Source: an uncultured bacterium
Lineage (GTDB): Bacteria; Omnitrophota; Omnitrophia; Omnitrophales; Aquincolibacteriaceae
NCBI GenBank assembly: GCA_964434115.1
Contig: CAYSSX010000004.1
Span: 17,684 to 81,683 of the forward strand
Direction: 5' to 3'
DNA: 64,000 nucleotides
The position numbers and the translations under genes are program-made. Positions 7,863 through 19,900 of this stretch are shown here, piece after piece (position 1 is the stretch's first letter; each line of letters begins with the position of its first letter). The notes under the pieces are model-generated. The model had not been told where the DNA came from, did no database searches, and saw nothing but the letters and a program-made list of their open reading frames with translations.

Positions 7863-10010
7863 TTAAGACGGGATTGTTGAAAGCTGCTGGTCGATCCGCG
7901 AAAGCACGGAAAGATCCGCCAGCTTTTCGGTGTAAAGACGGTTAATCTGCTTCATCAAGGCCTGGCGGTTGCCGCGGATCTGAGCATCCTCGACATTCAC
8001 CATCACCTGATCAAAAAAATCATGCACGGGGCCGTAAAACGCCTGCCCGAAAAGACGCGTGGCCTCTTCAAACCTGCGTTCCTGAACCCGCTCGGCAATA
8101 ACACTCGACTTCGTTTGAATCAATTCATACAGCTTCTTTTCCACGGCTTCGCGAAGGAATTCCGGATTAACCGCAGCCTCAGAACCTTTCGCTCCCTTGG
8201 CAATATTGCTGGTACGTTCCACCACTTTACCGGCCTTGAGAAAATCTTCGGAGGCACTTTCTGAAAGCCGGTTCAGCGCTTCAAACCTTTCATAGACATC
8301 CGCCAAATCATCAGACCCGGAAAGCCACACGGCCTCAAAAATTTCATAGGCCCGGGTCCCTGGTTTAAGCTGGAGCTCAAAAATCATACGGTCTTTGAAA
8401 AACCCTTTGAGCCGGGTCACGAGTTCCGGGACTGTGGGCTGGGGTTTCTCAAAAGTCAATCCCGCGGGCCGGTAAAAATGGGCGGAGGCGTCGATCACCT
8501 TGCTGATATTGAAATGAAACTCAAAAGCCCTGACCAATTTTACAATGCTTCCCGCCGCGCGTCTGAGTGCATAGGGGTCCTGGCTGCCCGACGGCTCCAG
8601 GCCTGTCGCAAAAGCGCCTGTCAAAAGATCAAGACGGTCGGCGATTCCAAGAAGCGCGCCAAGCGGCGTGATTTCTTTCAAAAGTTCCTTATGGGGTTCC
8701 GAAAGATTTTTCGGGAGGTACTGGGTGCCGATCGCTTTTGCAACGGAATCTTTTTCTCCGGAAGCTTTGGCATATTCCCGCCCAACCAGCCCCTGAAGAT
8801 TCGGAAATTCATAGACAAGATGCGTCATTAAATCCGCCTTTGAAAACCGCGCGGCACGAACCAAATCTTCCTTTAAGCTGCCCTGCCCGGCCTCGTCGGT
8901 AATGACGACGGCAAGCTTTTCAAGCCTTTCGGTCTTGTCTTTCATGGATCCCAATTTTCCGAGATACGCGATCTGCGCCAAAAGCGGAAGTTTGCCGGCA
9001 AGCGGCTCCTTGGTATCGGCCTGATAAAAATAACGGGCATCGTGAAGACGCGACATCAAAACGTTTTCATAGTCAAAGCGGATGCGCGCCAGCCCGGATC
9101 TTTTTCCATTCATTACGGCCACAAACCGGTTCTCAAGATTTCCCTTGCCGCCCCGGATCGCAAAAATTTTCTGATTCTTTTTCATGCAGGTCTCAAGAAC
9201 CTCTGCGGGAAGTTTAAGGAAGTCTTTATCGAACGTGCCTTCCAGAAAGAACGGCTCTTCCACAAGCTGGGCGGTCATATGCACAAGCTCTTCATCAAAC
9301 TCTTTCTGCGAAAACTGTGTTTTCAAGGCTCTGCGAATGGCTTCTTCTCTGTCCGAGAGTTTAAGAACCACATGGGCCTTCTTTAAAAGCTTTCCGTAGG
9401 CTTCCCAATCCGAAGATTTCAAAACAAAGGGCTTGGGGGCAAGAAACCGGTGCCCGTAACTGCGGTTGGCGGCTTTGACATCCCCAAGCTGAAGCGGGAA
9501 AACTTTTTTATCCAGGAATGCGGCAATCCAGCGGACCGGCCGCGGGAACGCATAACCCGTGGGTTCCCAGCGCATCCGTTTGGGAAAACCGAGTGCGGCA
9601 AAAATTCCTGCAAGAAGTCCCGGAAGAACGGCCAAAGTGCTTTGCCCTTTTTCCAGTCTTTCAAGAACCACCATTTTGCCTTTCGGCGAATCCTTCACAA
9701 CAACTTCCGAAAGCTGGGCGCTTTTTCCGCGAAGAAAACCTTCGAGTGCGGGTGTCGGCTTACCCTGGACGTCATACGCTTTTTCAAGAGACGGACCTTT
9801 CAATTCCAGGTGCTGATCCTGCTGACGAACAGCGAGGTCTGCGATGAAGAGCGCGATGCGGCGCGGCGTGGCTTCCACCTGAACAGCCTTGTAGGAAAGA
9901 CGGTTTTCCTCAAGCGTCGAGCGAACCTTCGCGCCAAGCTCCGAATAGATAACATCGAGCGCGCCCAGCGGCAATTCTTCAACTCCGATTTCGACAAGAA
10001 GGTTTGGCAT
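7863..10010 (-). CDS. glyS: Glycyl-tRNA synthetase beta subunit.
   Basis: 715 aa with N-terminus MPNLLVEIGVEELP, typical of GlyS. It lies immediately downstream of glyQ on the same strand. Confidence 0.85.
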   Translation of the reverse strand: MPNLLVEIGVEELPLGALDVIYSELGAKVRSTLEENRLSYKAVQVEATPRRIALFIADLAVRQQDQHLELKGPSLEKAYDVQGKPTPALEGFLRGKSAQLSEVVVKDSPKGKMVVLERLEKGQSTLAVLPGLLAGIFAALGFPKRMRWEPTGYAFPRPVRWIAAFLDKKVFPLQLGDVKAANRSYGHRFLAPKPFVLKSSDWEAYGKLLKKAHVVLKLSDREEAIRRALKTQFSQKEFDEELVHMTAQLVEEPFFLEGTFDKDFLKLPAEVLETCMKKNQKIFAIRGGKGNLENRFVAVMNGKRSGLARIRFDYENVLMSRLHDARYFYQADTKEPLAGKLPLLAQIAYLGKLGSMKDKTERLEKLAVVITDEAGQGSLKEDLVRAARFSKADLMTHLVYEFPNLQGLVGREYAKASGEKDSVAKAIGTQYLPKNLSEPHKELLKEITPLGALLGIADRLDLLTGAFATGLEPSGSQDPYALRRAAGSIVKLVRAFEFHFNISKVIDASAHFYRPAGLTFEKPQPTVPELVTRLKGFFKDRMIFELQLKPGTRAYEIFEAVWLSGSDDLADVYERFEALNRLSESASEDFLKAGKVVERTSNIAKGAKGSEAAVNPEFLREAVEKKLYELIQTKSSVIAERVQERRFEEATRLFGQAFYGPVHDFFDQVMVNVEDAQIRGNRQALMKQINRLYTEKLADLSVLSRIDQQLSTIPS

Positions 10011-10024
10011 GGTTTTAGATATTC

Positions 10025-10933
10025 TCAGGATACTGCCGTTTTCTTGGCAGGTTTCTTTTTAAGAAGCGGGTACCCCTGCTTCTCGCGGGATTCCAAATAC
10101 CCTTTGGCGCAGGCACGTGCGAGCGCCCGGACACGGCCGATATAACGGGCGCGTTCATTAACACTGACCGCGCCGCGGGCATCCAAAAGATTAAAAGTGT
10201 GCGATGTTTTCAAACAAAGGTCATACGCCGGCAGCACCAGGCCTTCTTCTATAAGGCGCTTGGCCTGACGTTCATAATCCTCGAAATGGCGCTTGTACAA
10301 TTCCGGATCCGATGCTTCAAAGTTGAATTTCGAAAATTCCCGTTCGGTTTGAAGATGAACATCCCCATAAGTGACTTTGTCATTCCATTGAATGTCGAAA
10401 AGAGAGTGCTTTTTCTGGAGAAACATCGCGATACGTTCGAGGCCGTAAGTGATTTCAGAGGAGATCATTTCAAGATCAATCGAACCGCATTGCTGAAAAT
10501 AAGTGAACTGCGTGATTTCCTGGCTGTCGAGCCAAACTTCCCAGCCAAGTCCCCAGGCCCCTAAAGTCGGCGATTCCCAGTCATCTTCCACAAAACGGAT
10601 ATCGTGTTCGAGAGGATCAATGCCTACAAACTTCAAACTGTCGAGGTAGAGCTGCTGGGAATCTTTCGGGGCGGGCTTCATAATAACTTGATATTGGTAG
10701 TAATGCTGGGTGCGGTGCGGATTTTCCCCGTAGCGGCCATCGGTGGGACGGCGGGAGGGTTCCACATAAGCCGCATTCCAGGGTTCAGGACCCAAAGCTT
10801 TAAGAAAGGTATGCGGTGAAAAAGTTCCGGCCCCAACTTCCAGGTCATAGGGCTGCATAATGAGACAGCCCTTTGAACTCCAGAATTCATTGAGCTTTTG
10901 GATAAGCTGTTGAAAGGTCAAAGGCTTCGGCAT
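10025..10933 (-). CDS. glyQ: Glycyl-tRNA synthetase alpha subunit.
   Basis: 302 aa. N-terminus [35 protein letters not shown] is highly conserved in GlyQ. Confidence 0.9.
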   Translation of the reverse strand: MPKPLTFQQLIQKLNEFWSSKGCLIMQPYDLEVGAGTFSPHTFLKALGPEPWNAAYVEPSRRPTDGRYGENPHRTQHYYQYQVIMKPAPKDSQQLYLDSLKFVGIDPLEHDIRFVEDDWESPTLGAWGLGWEVWLDSQEITQFTYFQQCGSIDLEMISSEITYGLERIAMFLQKKHSLFDIQWNDKVTYGDVHLQTEREFSKFNFEASDPELYKRHFEDYERQAKRLIEEGLVLPAYDLCLKTSHTFNLLDARGAVSVNERARYIGRVRALARACAKGYLESREKQGYPLLKKKPAKKTAVS

Positions 10934-10984
10934 AAGGGGCAGGATTTTAGCAAAAGTGCCTCCTTAATGCAAGAAACCTTGTGG

Positions 10985-13900
10985 TTATGCGGCCTTGGCT
11001 GTGGCCTGGTAGGCGGCCAGATACGTCCCAACCGTCTCCGAAAGAAGGCTTTGAATCGACGGCATAAGGTAGCCCTGAGGTCCTGTTGAGGCAGTAACGC
11101 CGGCTTTGCGGAGGAAATCTGCCAGGATTTCTCCCCGTCGTTCGGACCCAAGCTGGTCTTTAAGCTCCACTGCGGCCAAAAGCTGAAGCTGGGTCATTCG
11201 GACCAGCAATCGCGCCTGGTCTTCTTCCCCTAACTTCCGGATTTCATCCGCGTTCAGAAGAAAAGCCGGAATAGACGCATCCAGAGATTCATCCCCCGCG
11301 GGTGCCTGAGCCAGCGAAACCGCCACGCTTTCCTGTTTTAAACGGTTGGCCATCACAGCCTCTTCCTGGGCACGAACTTCAAAAAGACGCTGTGCCGATG
11401 GATTTTTCTGAAAAACACCGTAGGTGAAAAAAGTCTCTTTGATTGCCGAGGCACCTTCTCCGGCAATGTAAACCACCGGCTGGGAAGGCACGTTAACTGC
11501 CCCCTGAACAAAAAGTTCTACAAACAGCTCACGGACCCGCGGCGAGACCGCCTGGAAAATCCTGGCGGGCAGAACGGCCTTCCCCCCTTGTGCAATTAAA
11601 TTGGAAAAGCTGCGGGCCAGACCTGTCTTTTCCCGCGCGTTGATTCTAAGCGGCCGCGCCTGAACAGAAGAGGGCATGAATGTCATCACACCCGGAAGTC
11701 CTTCAGCGGCAAAAGCAACAGGCAGAATTCCTGCGGTCATCTGAACCGCAACCGCCAGCCTTTGCTGTGTGCGGAAGTTACGGTCTTCTTCTGAAGGCGA
11801 AGCCAAACGAAGTTCGGAGCGCGCCATAAAAACAGTAGGTTCACCTCTGGGAGGTACGGCTTCTTTGCGCCAATTCAAATAGTTATCAACCTGGACTTCC
11901 GGTGACTGAAAAAGGATACGCATCGCTGCGGCCATAGTGCCGTGCCCGTAAAGAACAACCGTCTTGCCGGCATACTTTTCGTTGAGCTTGAGCAGAAGTT
12001 CCCGCGCACGGTCCAGCAGGGTAAGAAAATTTTCACCGCCAGGAGCTTTCATTAATGCATTCAGATTCCGGTAAGCTTCCATAAACTTCTTTTCTTCCGC
12101 GCCCATTTCAGCTTCAACTTCCGCAGCATCTTTTCCATCCCACTCCGCAAAATTAATTTCAATGGAGTCCGGCTCCACCTCTGCTTTTGCGGGAAGTCCC
12201 GGAACAGTCTTGACTGCCTCCGCCAAAGAAATCTCTGACGTTTGTTGTGTCCGGCGAAGCGGAGAGCGAAGGAAAACAAGACCTTCTGCTTTTAAGCCTT
12301 GCTGCTGGATCCATTCCGCAAGCTTCGAAGCGCCTTCCACAACCTGTCGTTTCCCATCCTCGTTAAGGAGGTTTTCATCTTTTGCGTCCGAATGTCCGTG
12401 AAACACGCCGCGCTTGTTGGCATCTGTTTCGCCATGAGGAATCAACACAAGGTTAAACGCGAGCGGCGGCTTCTCATAGCCGGGACGATAGCCGATCTGC
12501 CCGTCACGACTTTTGAGTTCAAAGCGGAGTTTCTCCAGCAAAGCCTGATAGGTCTGCATGTTCGCTTCGTCTCCCGGCCGAAGGCTGGCCGCCAAATAGG
12601 CTTCCTGCTCGGGGCCAAGTTCAAAAACGGCCCGTAAACGGTTCCTGTATTCAAGCGCGGGTTCTTTTCCGGAGAAAACCTTGAACATGGCCGCTGACCC
12701 CAAAACCGCAAGTTCACGGGGATCGGAATCACTGCCGGCTTCCGGTTTTTTGAATTTCATGATGATTCCGCGGTCCACACTTTTAATGACAAGGTTTTGG
12801 CTTTCGTCCCAGGAAAAGAAGAAATTGTCCGGACGGTAATCAATGTAAACATAACCGCCCTCCTTCAGGGATTCGATCAACCCCAGCCATTTTTCCGGAA
12901 ACTGTTCCTGGAAACGCTGGATTGCGGCATTATCAGCACCTTGAAGAAATCCAGGCAGGGTTTTCCCTTCTACAAACGTCATCACAATCGCTTCAGGCAT
13001 CGAAATGCCCAATTCATTCTCCTCTTCAAACACCTGCAAATTCCGGGGAATGACCTCCTTTTCTGGAGCATCCCCCACCTTGCTGAAAAAATTGTCATTC
13101 ACATCGATTTCAACAGAAAGCTGTCCCTGCGTGCTCATTTTGTCGACCGCATCCGTGATATCCAGACTCGTGCCGCCAATCACTTTCAGCACCACTTTTT
13201 GGCCGGTCAAAACATTTCGAAAAAGATAGGCGTCTCCAAAAGTACCGGCACCCAGTTTTTTAACAAACTCATAATCTTGGCCTTCAAGCCTGGCTTTATA
13301 CTTTTTAAATAATTCGAAGATGCTTTTTTGCGCACTTATAGGCCGGGTCGAGCCCGCGTCCTTGAAAGCTGGTATTTGTAATTCAATGGAATCGAGGATT
13401 GCTGCGGCTTCATCAAAGCGGGCCGCATCACCCAGCATCCGGGCTTCAAAGAAATTCAGGTTTTGCTGAATCAAAGGTTTTGCAGGATTCTCTATACGAT
13501 AGGCATTTATAAGCGAATGGGCCGCATCGTAATCCCCTTCGTCAACCTGTTTCGCAATCGCACGCAGACGCTGATGCTCCTCAAAATCCAATGATTCTGA
13601 AACCTTTGTTCCTTCTGCCTCGGTGCGGAGTTCGGAACGGAATAGCTGCGGAATTTCTTTTTCAGGGGCTGCAATGTCCCTCAGGCGGCCGATCGCCTCA
13701 GAAAGATCAAGATCCCGAATCTCGGCATCGACCTGCCAGTCTGTAGTCCTGCCCGTAACAGGCACAATGATATGTTTGCCCTCTTCCGCCAGAGCAGGCA
13801 GAACCTTTTCAAATTTTCTACCATAAACCGCATTGGTGAGCGGCAGAAAGGGAGAAAGTTCGGATTCGAGATAACGCTTCACACCCAGCGTTCCCACATA

Positions 13901-16900
13901 CCCGAGTCCAAGACTGAGAATCAAGCGCGCCATCCGGTTGTTGTCCTGATAAGGCACGCGCATGACCGCGTCCGCCATGCCGCGGACAATCGCATAAGTT
14001 GTCGGCTCGCCTGTTGCGGCAATGCCATCCACATAACGAAGTGCCGTGGGATCAAAAACAGCCTGGTCTTTGGGAATCAGGCGGCCCGCTTTAAGAGAAT
14101 TAAAAATATGATCCACGCCAGGAACCTGGGTCAGAAAAACCTGGATGCCCGGACGAATCAGTTTTGCCTGCGCAATCCCGCTGCCCAGTCCAGCCGAACC
14201 TCCCGGAACCCAAAAACGAACCTTGTCAAATTCCGCTTCGCTTCCGACAAATTGAGTAAAGGCCTGAAAGTCCGCGGAAGAAACGGGTGTTTTTCCCTTT
14301 GCCGAAACTTGCAAGCGAAACCACTGATCCAAAGCTTCAAGCATGATGACGGCATACGCCGCAACACCCATCGCAGAACCGTGCCGGATATAATGGGCGC
14401 TGTCAGGATGAGCTTTTGCGTATTGATCCACATACTGACTGGCATCTTTGTAAGCTTCAAAATAAGGGGCCTTGCTTTCGGCATCGATACGTGATCTTTC
14501 AGCCTCACTCGCTCGGGCATAGGCACGCAGTTCATCTTCAGAAAATTGACGGTTGACCACCACCGCGCCTAGATCCTTCATGGCTTTGACTTTTTCAGGG
14601 TTTGCGCCCCGGGGAACAAAAATGACCGCTGAAAGCTGCTGGGCATAAGGCGCATAATAAGGATGCTTTTTAAGCTTCTGCACCAGTGAGGCCACGGCCT
14701 TACCCTGATTTCCGGTAGATTCCGCCACCACCATTTCAAGCTGGGAAAGCTTCTCCGGATTTTCAAAGTAACGCGTAAGAAGGTCCGCTGCGAGGTAAGG
14801 TTTGAAAGAACCTTCCGGAAGTTCCGGCAAATAATAAAGGTAGTAGTGATTGTTACGGCCTGTCAGGCTCTTCATCGTCTGATTCAGCATCTCATTGCGA
14901 ACTAGAGGAATCTGAAACCGGCCTTCACGAAGATCATTCTCGCCAATCTCGCCGATCCCCGTCCAAAAATGCTTGAGGATTTTCTGGGCCCGCTCAATCA
15001 TTTCAAGCGTCACTCCGGGGAAAGGCGTTACCGGGCCTTCCCTGCGCCAGAGATTGCTTTGAACATCCACCAGATCACCCAGAGGGTAGCGAAGCTCTGC
15101 ACGCGGTAAATTGAAATGCGTTTCGTCCAGAAGGAAATGTTCCAGGGATTTCATTCCTTCGTTCAAGGCTTCCGCTTCATACCCCTTTTCTTTTAGCGAA
15201 TCTAAAAAAGTTTTGTGATTGTCATAAACACTGTCAGGCTCCTTGGCAAAAAAAGAGTTTAGAACGCGGGCCTGATGAAGAAGATCCACAAGGTCCCGGC
15301 CTTTCAAGGAATTCTTCTTTGCGCTCCGCAAAATTTTCTCAAAGACAACAACCGCATCAAGGAGTTTCGGGTAATAGATCTCAACGCTTCTTTGCCTTTC
15401 GCTATAACCCCGGGCGATTTCCCGGTCCATCAGGTCGATCAATCCGTCAAGTCTGGCCGCAAAAGGCGAAAGGCTGGAGGGTTTTTCGGATTTCCCAAAT
15501 TTTCTGAGCGCCCTGTCGGTATGAACTTGCGCGGTCGCCAAAATCTCAAGCACGTCTTCGTAAATCGTCACATCACCCATCGTATGCGTTCTGCTGTGCT
15601 CCGCGATTTCAGCAAGCCCTTCGGCAGCTTTCTTTGCCCTGAGCAGGGTGCGTGACTGCATGCCCTGGGATTTATCCAGAGCCAGGGCTTCCAGCGCAGG
15701 TTTCAGCAATCTGTTGAACACATGGTATTGAAAGGTCGGAGTGATCACCGCCAGGGCAAGACGGTAACGGTTGAAAACAACTTCAAGCTCCTGCTTGGCT
15801 GTGAGATCTTCGGGAATTTCAGCCAGTCCAAGTTCCTGGCTGTATTTTTCTTCCAGAAGATGAATACGCTCTTCGGCATACACGGCAGCCCGGCGGGCAC
15901 GGCTGACAGCTGCCGCATTGTTGCCTGGAGACTCCTGGTAATGTGCAGCCGAGGAATCCCAGCGGGAGCGGGCCTCGCGCCAATAGTGATAACTTCGGAC
16001 GAGGGTCACAAAGGAGTCAAAATCATTGTCTTTTCTCGCGCCCGCTTCATACTTCACCATTTGAAGGTCTTTGTGCATCGCGGCAAAAAGGTGCTGAAGC
16101 CCGATCGCGGTGTAAGGCGACAATGCCGCCTGGGTATCCCCCATAGCCAGCGCGAAAGCATAATTTTCCTGGTCATATTTAGGCCAGCCTTCCAGGACTT
16201 CTTTCTCGGCTTCGTCCCGAAAACCAGCCATCATCAGGAGTTTTGCCTGCAGGCCGCGGACCAGGAAAGGAGCCACCCCATCATCTCTTTTAGCCAATAC
16301 TTCCAGCGGTTCAAAAAACGCGGCGAGTTCTTGCGGACTTCCAAACCTTCGCCCTTGGTGCCAAAACTGATAGATCCGGTCCACAACGAGCGCCGCAGGA
16401 TTTTCGATGTCCCAGGGTGTTTTCTGCCGCGGTGTTTTTTTCTTGCTGCCTTGTTCTTTCGGCTTTTCAGGAATCAAACGGATCTGAAAAAGAGTCTGCA
16501 TCAGAAGATCAAGGACAGCATCTGATTCAGTAAAAGCCAAAAGATCTCCTGCCTGCTTTGCTTTTGCAATCGTAGCGTCTTGATCTGTATCTCGCACCCA
16601 GGGCGCCTGCTGCGCACGCAGCTCAGAACGTTTTCCGTCCGAGGGCTCATCCTGAACACCTTCCCGATCCAGACGTTCGGCAGCTTCTTCCTGATCAAGG
16701 TACAGGTTGAGTCTTCCCACCGCTTCCTCAAAAGCCCTTTTGTTGTTAAGTGCTTTTGCCGTTTCGACCTCATTTAACCGGAGACGGAGGTGCCAGGCTT
16801 TCTCAGAATCTCCAAGTTCTGGAGAGACGGCAATAGCTCCAAGGAATGAACTCATCAATTCTGCGGAACGGAAATAGATCACACCGGCTTTCTTTTCCCG

Positions 16901-19900
16901 GTTGTCGCCAACCACGTGGAAAGGAAGAAGCCCTGCCATAAGGCTTGCGTGTGTAAATAAAAGACGTTTGCGCCAGGCAATAGAGTCGGGCTCAAAAGGG
17001 AAAAGCTGATCACTGTCCGGATCCATGATGAATTCCATAAAATCTTTCGAAAATTGACCAATGCGCCCCAGCGTCATCAAGGTCCCGGAAGCTTCGTCAT
17101 CAAAATAATTAGCAAAAACTGCCGGCCCTTTATTCTGAGACGGGAAGTTTACGTCAAAATGAAAAGTATCATGATGGTCTAATGCCAGGTCGTAGTATCC
17201 GAAATAGTTGTGAATGAGTTTGGCAAAATCATAAAGCGGGTCATTTCCTTCCGGGATGTACTTTGGATCGATCAGTTTGAATCCTTGAACTTTTCCGCTT
17301 CGAAGGTATTCAAAGGGATCAATAAGAATATTTCCGGTGTGTAAATCGCCATGCTGCTTGGCTAAATAGGGCGGCTTGAAAAGTTCCGGGTGGAGCTGAT
17401 TGATCCTCCGGAAAACACGAAGCATCGTCGGAAGATTGAGAAGCAGCGGTTCCTTTTCCCCTTTCATCTCCAGATAAGGCGCAGCAAGAAGCTTTTTCAT
17501 CCAAGGAGACTTTTCCGCGGCCTCCCGCCAGCGCTGCTCCAGTTTCTGAAAGTGGTATTTCTCGGCAAAATCTTCCGGAGTTGGACTTTGCTCTTGTGAA
17601 TAAAAATCCGGCGTCAGGGTTCTATAAATATGCTTGATGGTTTCCAAGAGGCTTTGATTGGTTCCAAGATGCCCGCCCATCATACGGCCAAAAGCATCAT
17701 CACCGCTCGGGAAAGCCTGCTGAATCATGCTGGACAAGCTGGGCCATGAAAGATCCTGCATCCTGACTACTGTCCAGCCGTCATGCTCTTCAACGGAATA
17801 AATTTCAGGGAACCACCGCCCCGCAGGATTTCCGGTTTTTTGAAGATCCTGCATGTACCGGGCTTCTGCCAGAAGCTTTCCTTTATCCTCTTGTGTTTTA
17901 GCACGTTTTTCGATAACCGTTGTCCCATCGGTATTAATAATCCTTTGCACCTGACTGTAGGAACCGCCCGCGAGTTCTGTCTTGACCGTTTCATCGATTT
18001 CATAGTCAGAGCTTCGCTGCGTCGGAATCCAGAGCCTGAAAACACGGCCGAAAGATGACGCTTCCATATAGCCATAACTCAACAGGTAAAGCATGGATTT
18101 GTTTCCTGCAAAAGAAGGAAAGAGAGAGATTTCCACATGAGGTTCTTTTCCCATCGTCATGGGTTTCAAAAAAATGATGCCGTCTTTGTCTTCGGGAATC
18201 CCCATCAACATGGAATCAATCCCGCGTTTGAAACGAATGGCATTGGAAGGTTGAAACGGGATATCGCGGCTTAGCTGCCTGTACATTTCCTCGCGTTCGG
18301 ACGCGCTCCAGACTTTCACGCCTTTCTCTGAGGCCCCGGGCAGATTTTCCGTCCGTCCGACAAACGCCCAGCGGATATTCCGGCTTTCAAGCGCTTTCGA
18401 TATCTTTTCTACGGCTTCAAAATTCCGGGTTTCAAGCGCTGCATAAAGTTCTTGAAAAAAACCTTCATCCGGAACCGAATGCATCGGTATCAGGTAGCGC
18501 AAAACATCGTCAAGGGGGGTCGGCCGGATTGTATTTCTCATTTTGGCGTCTTGAGGCCTTTGGACAGAGGGGCCTGTCCCGGGAGCCTCATCTTCGTCAT
18601 GGTGCCACATCCGAGTTGAAGTGAGATTATTTCCCGGAGGTTCGTCCCATGATGGATATAGTTTTTCATAAGCAGTACGGACAGCTTCCGTGAACGTATA
18701 ACGGGTCAAAGCTTCCGAACCGTTGAGCTGAACGATACCGCCGCGGTGATTGTTGATGGACTGAAGCGTCACGCCGGCAACATCGCCAGCCCAAACAGGG
18801 TGCCGGACCTGATGGTCATCCAGAACGAGTAGATTCTCGCTTCTTCCCTCCATCCATTGAATCGCGGAATGAAAAGGATCCCTTTCCTGTCCGGTTTTAG
18901 AACCATAAACCCAGCCCAAACGGATCACGGTGTTCCCAGTTTTACTCAGTACCGCTTTTTCTCCTGCGACTTTTGTCTCACCGTAAAAATTCAGCGGTTT
19001 TGTTTCAGCCTTCGGTTTATAGGGCGCCTCGGTCCCGTCAAAAACATAATCGGTAGAAAAATAAACCATCTGCCCGGGAAATGTTTGGGCAATCCGTTCA
19101 GGCACGGAAACATTCAAGAGCTCCGCGCGGGCCTTATCTTTTTCAGCCTCCTCAACACCCGCAACGCCGGCAGCATAAACCACCACATCAGGTTTCAGTC
19201 GATTTAAAAGGGCGTCCACCTCTCCGTCCTGGGTAACATCCAGCTTGATAAGATCCTCATCTTCTGAGGAAAAGGACGTTCCCATCACCTGGGGATACAC
19301 CCTCCGGAGCAAATCATACACCTCGCGCCCCACCCTGCCGCTGGCACCTAACACAAGCACTTTACGGGGAGGAAAAAGCATTTCGAAAAGCAGACCTTCG
19401 CGCAAAGCGTGCTCCCCGCCGCTGTTTTCCTCCAACGCCTTCAAAAGTTCCCGGCTCAGGAAAAGCCGGTTTGCTGTTTCGTCGTAATAGGCTGCCACTT
19501 GGCCGCGTTCCTCATGGTCGATCCAATCAAAAAGGTAAATCCCGAACTCTTTTTCCCGTATCTTTTTCAACCTCTTCTCGTAGGCTTCCGTGAGCCAGCG
19601 TTCCAGGGCGAAGGGGACGTTCCGCTCTTGGTAAGCCCTTTGTAAGGCTGCCAACAGCGTTCCGGTAAGTTCCGGGTGCGGGGGCTGCGCTTCAATTTCA
19701 GCGCGCCGGTCAGAGAAAACTCTAAGGGGCTCCTCTCCCACCCTTATCCACCTGGGCGATAGGATTGCGGCATCCGCGGCACGTTCACGCAGCGTTTCAG
19801 CATCGCCGAACGCAAGGGGTTTCATGTCAGCGTCTGCACGAAGTTCTGCACGGCTTCCTATTAAATCTTTGGCGGCTGTCAATTTTTCAACCTTGCGAAT

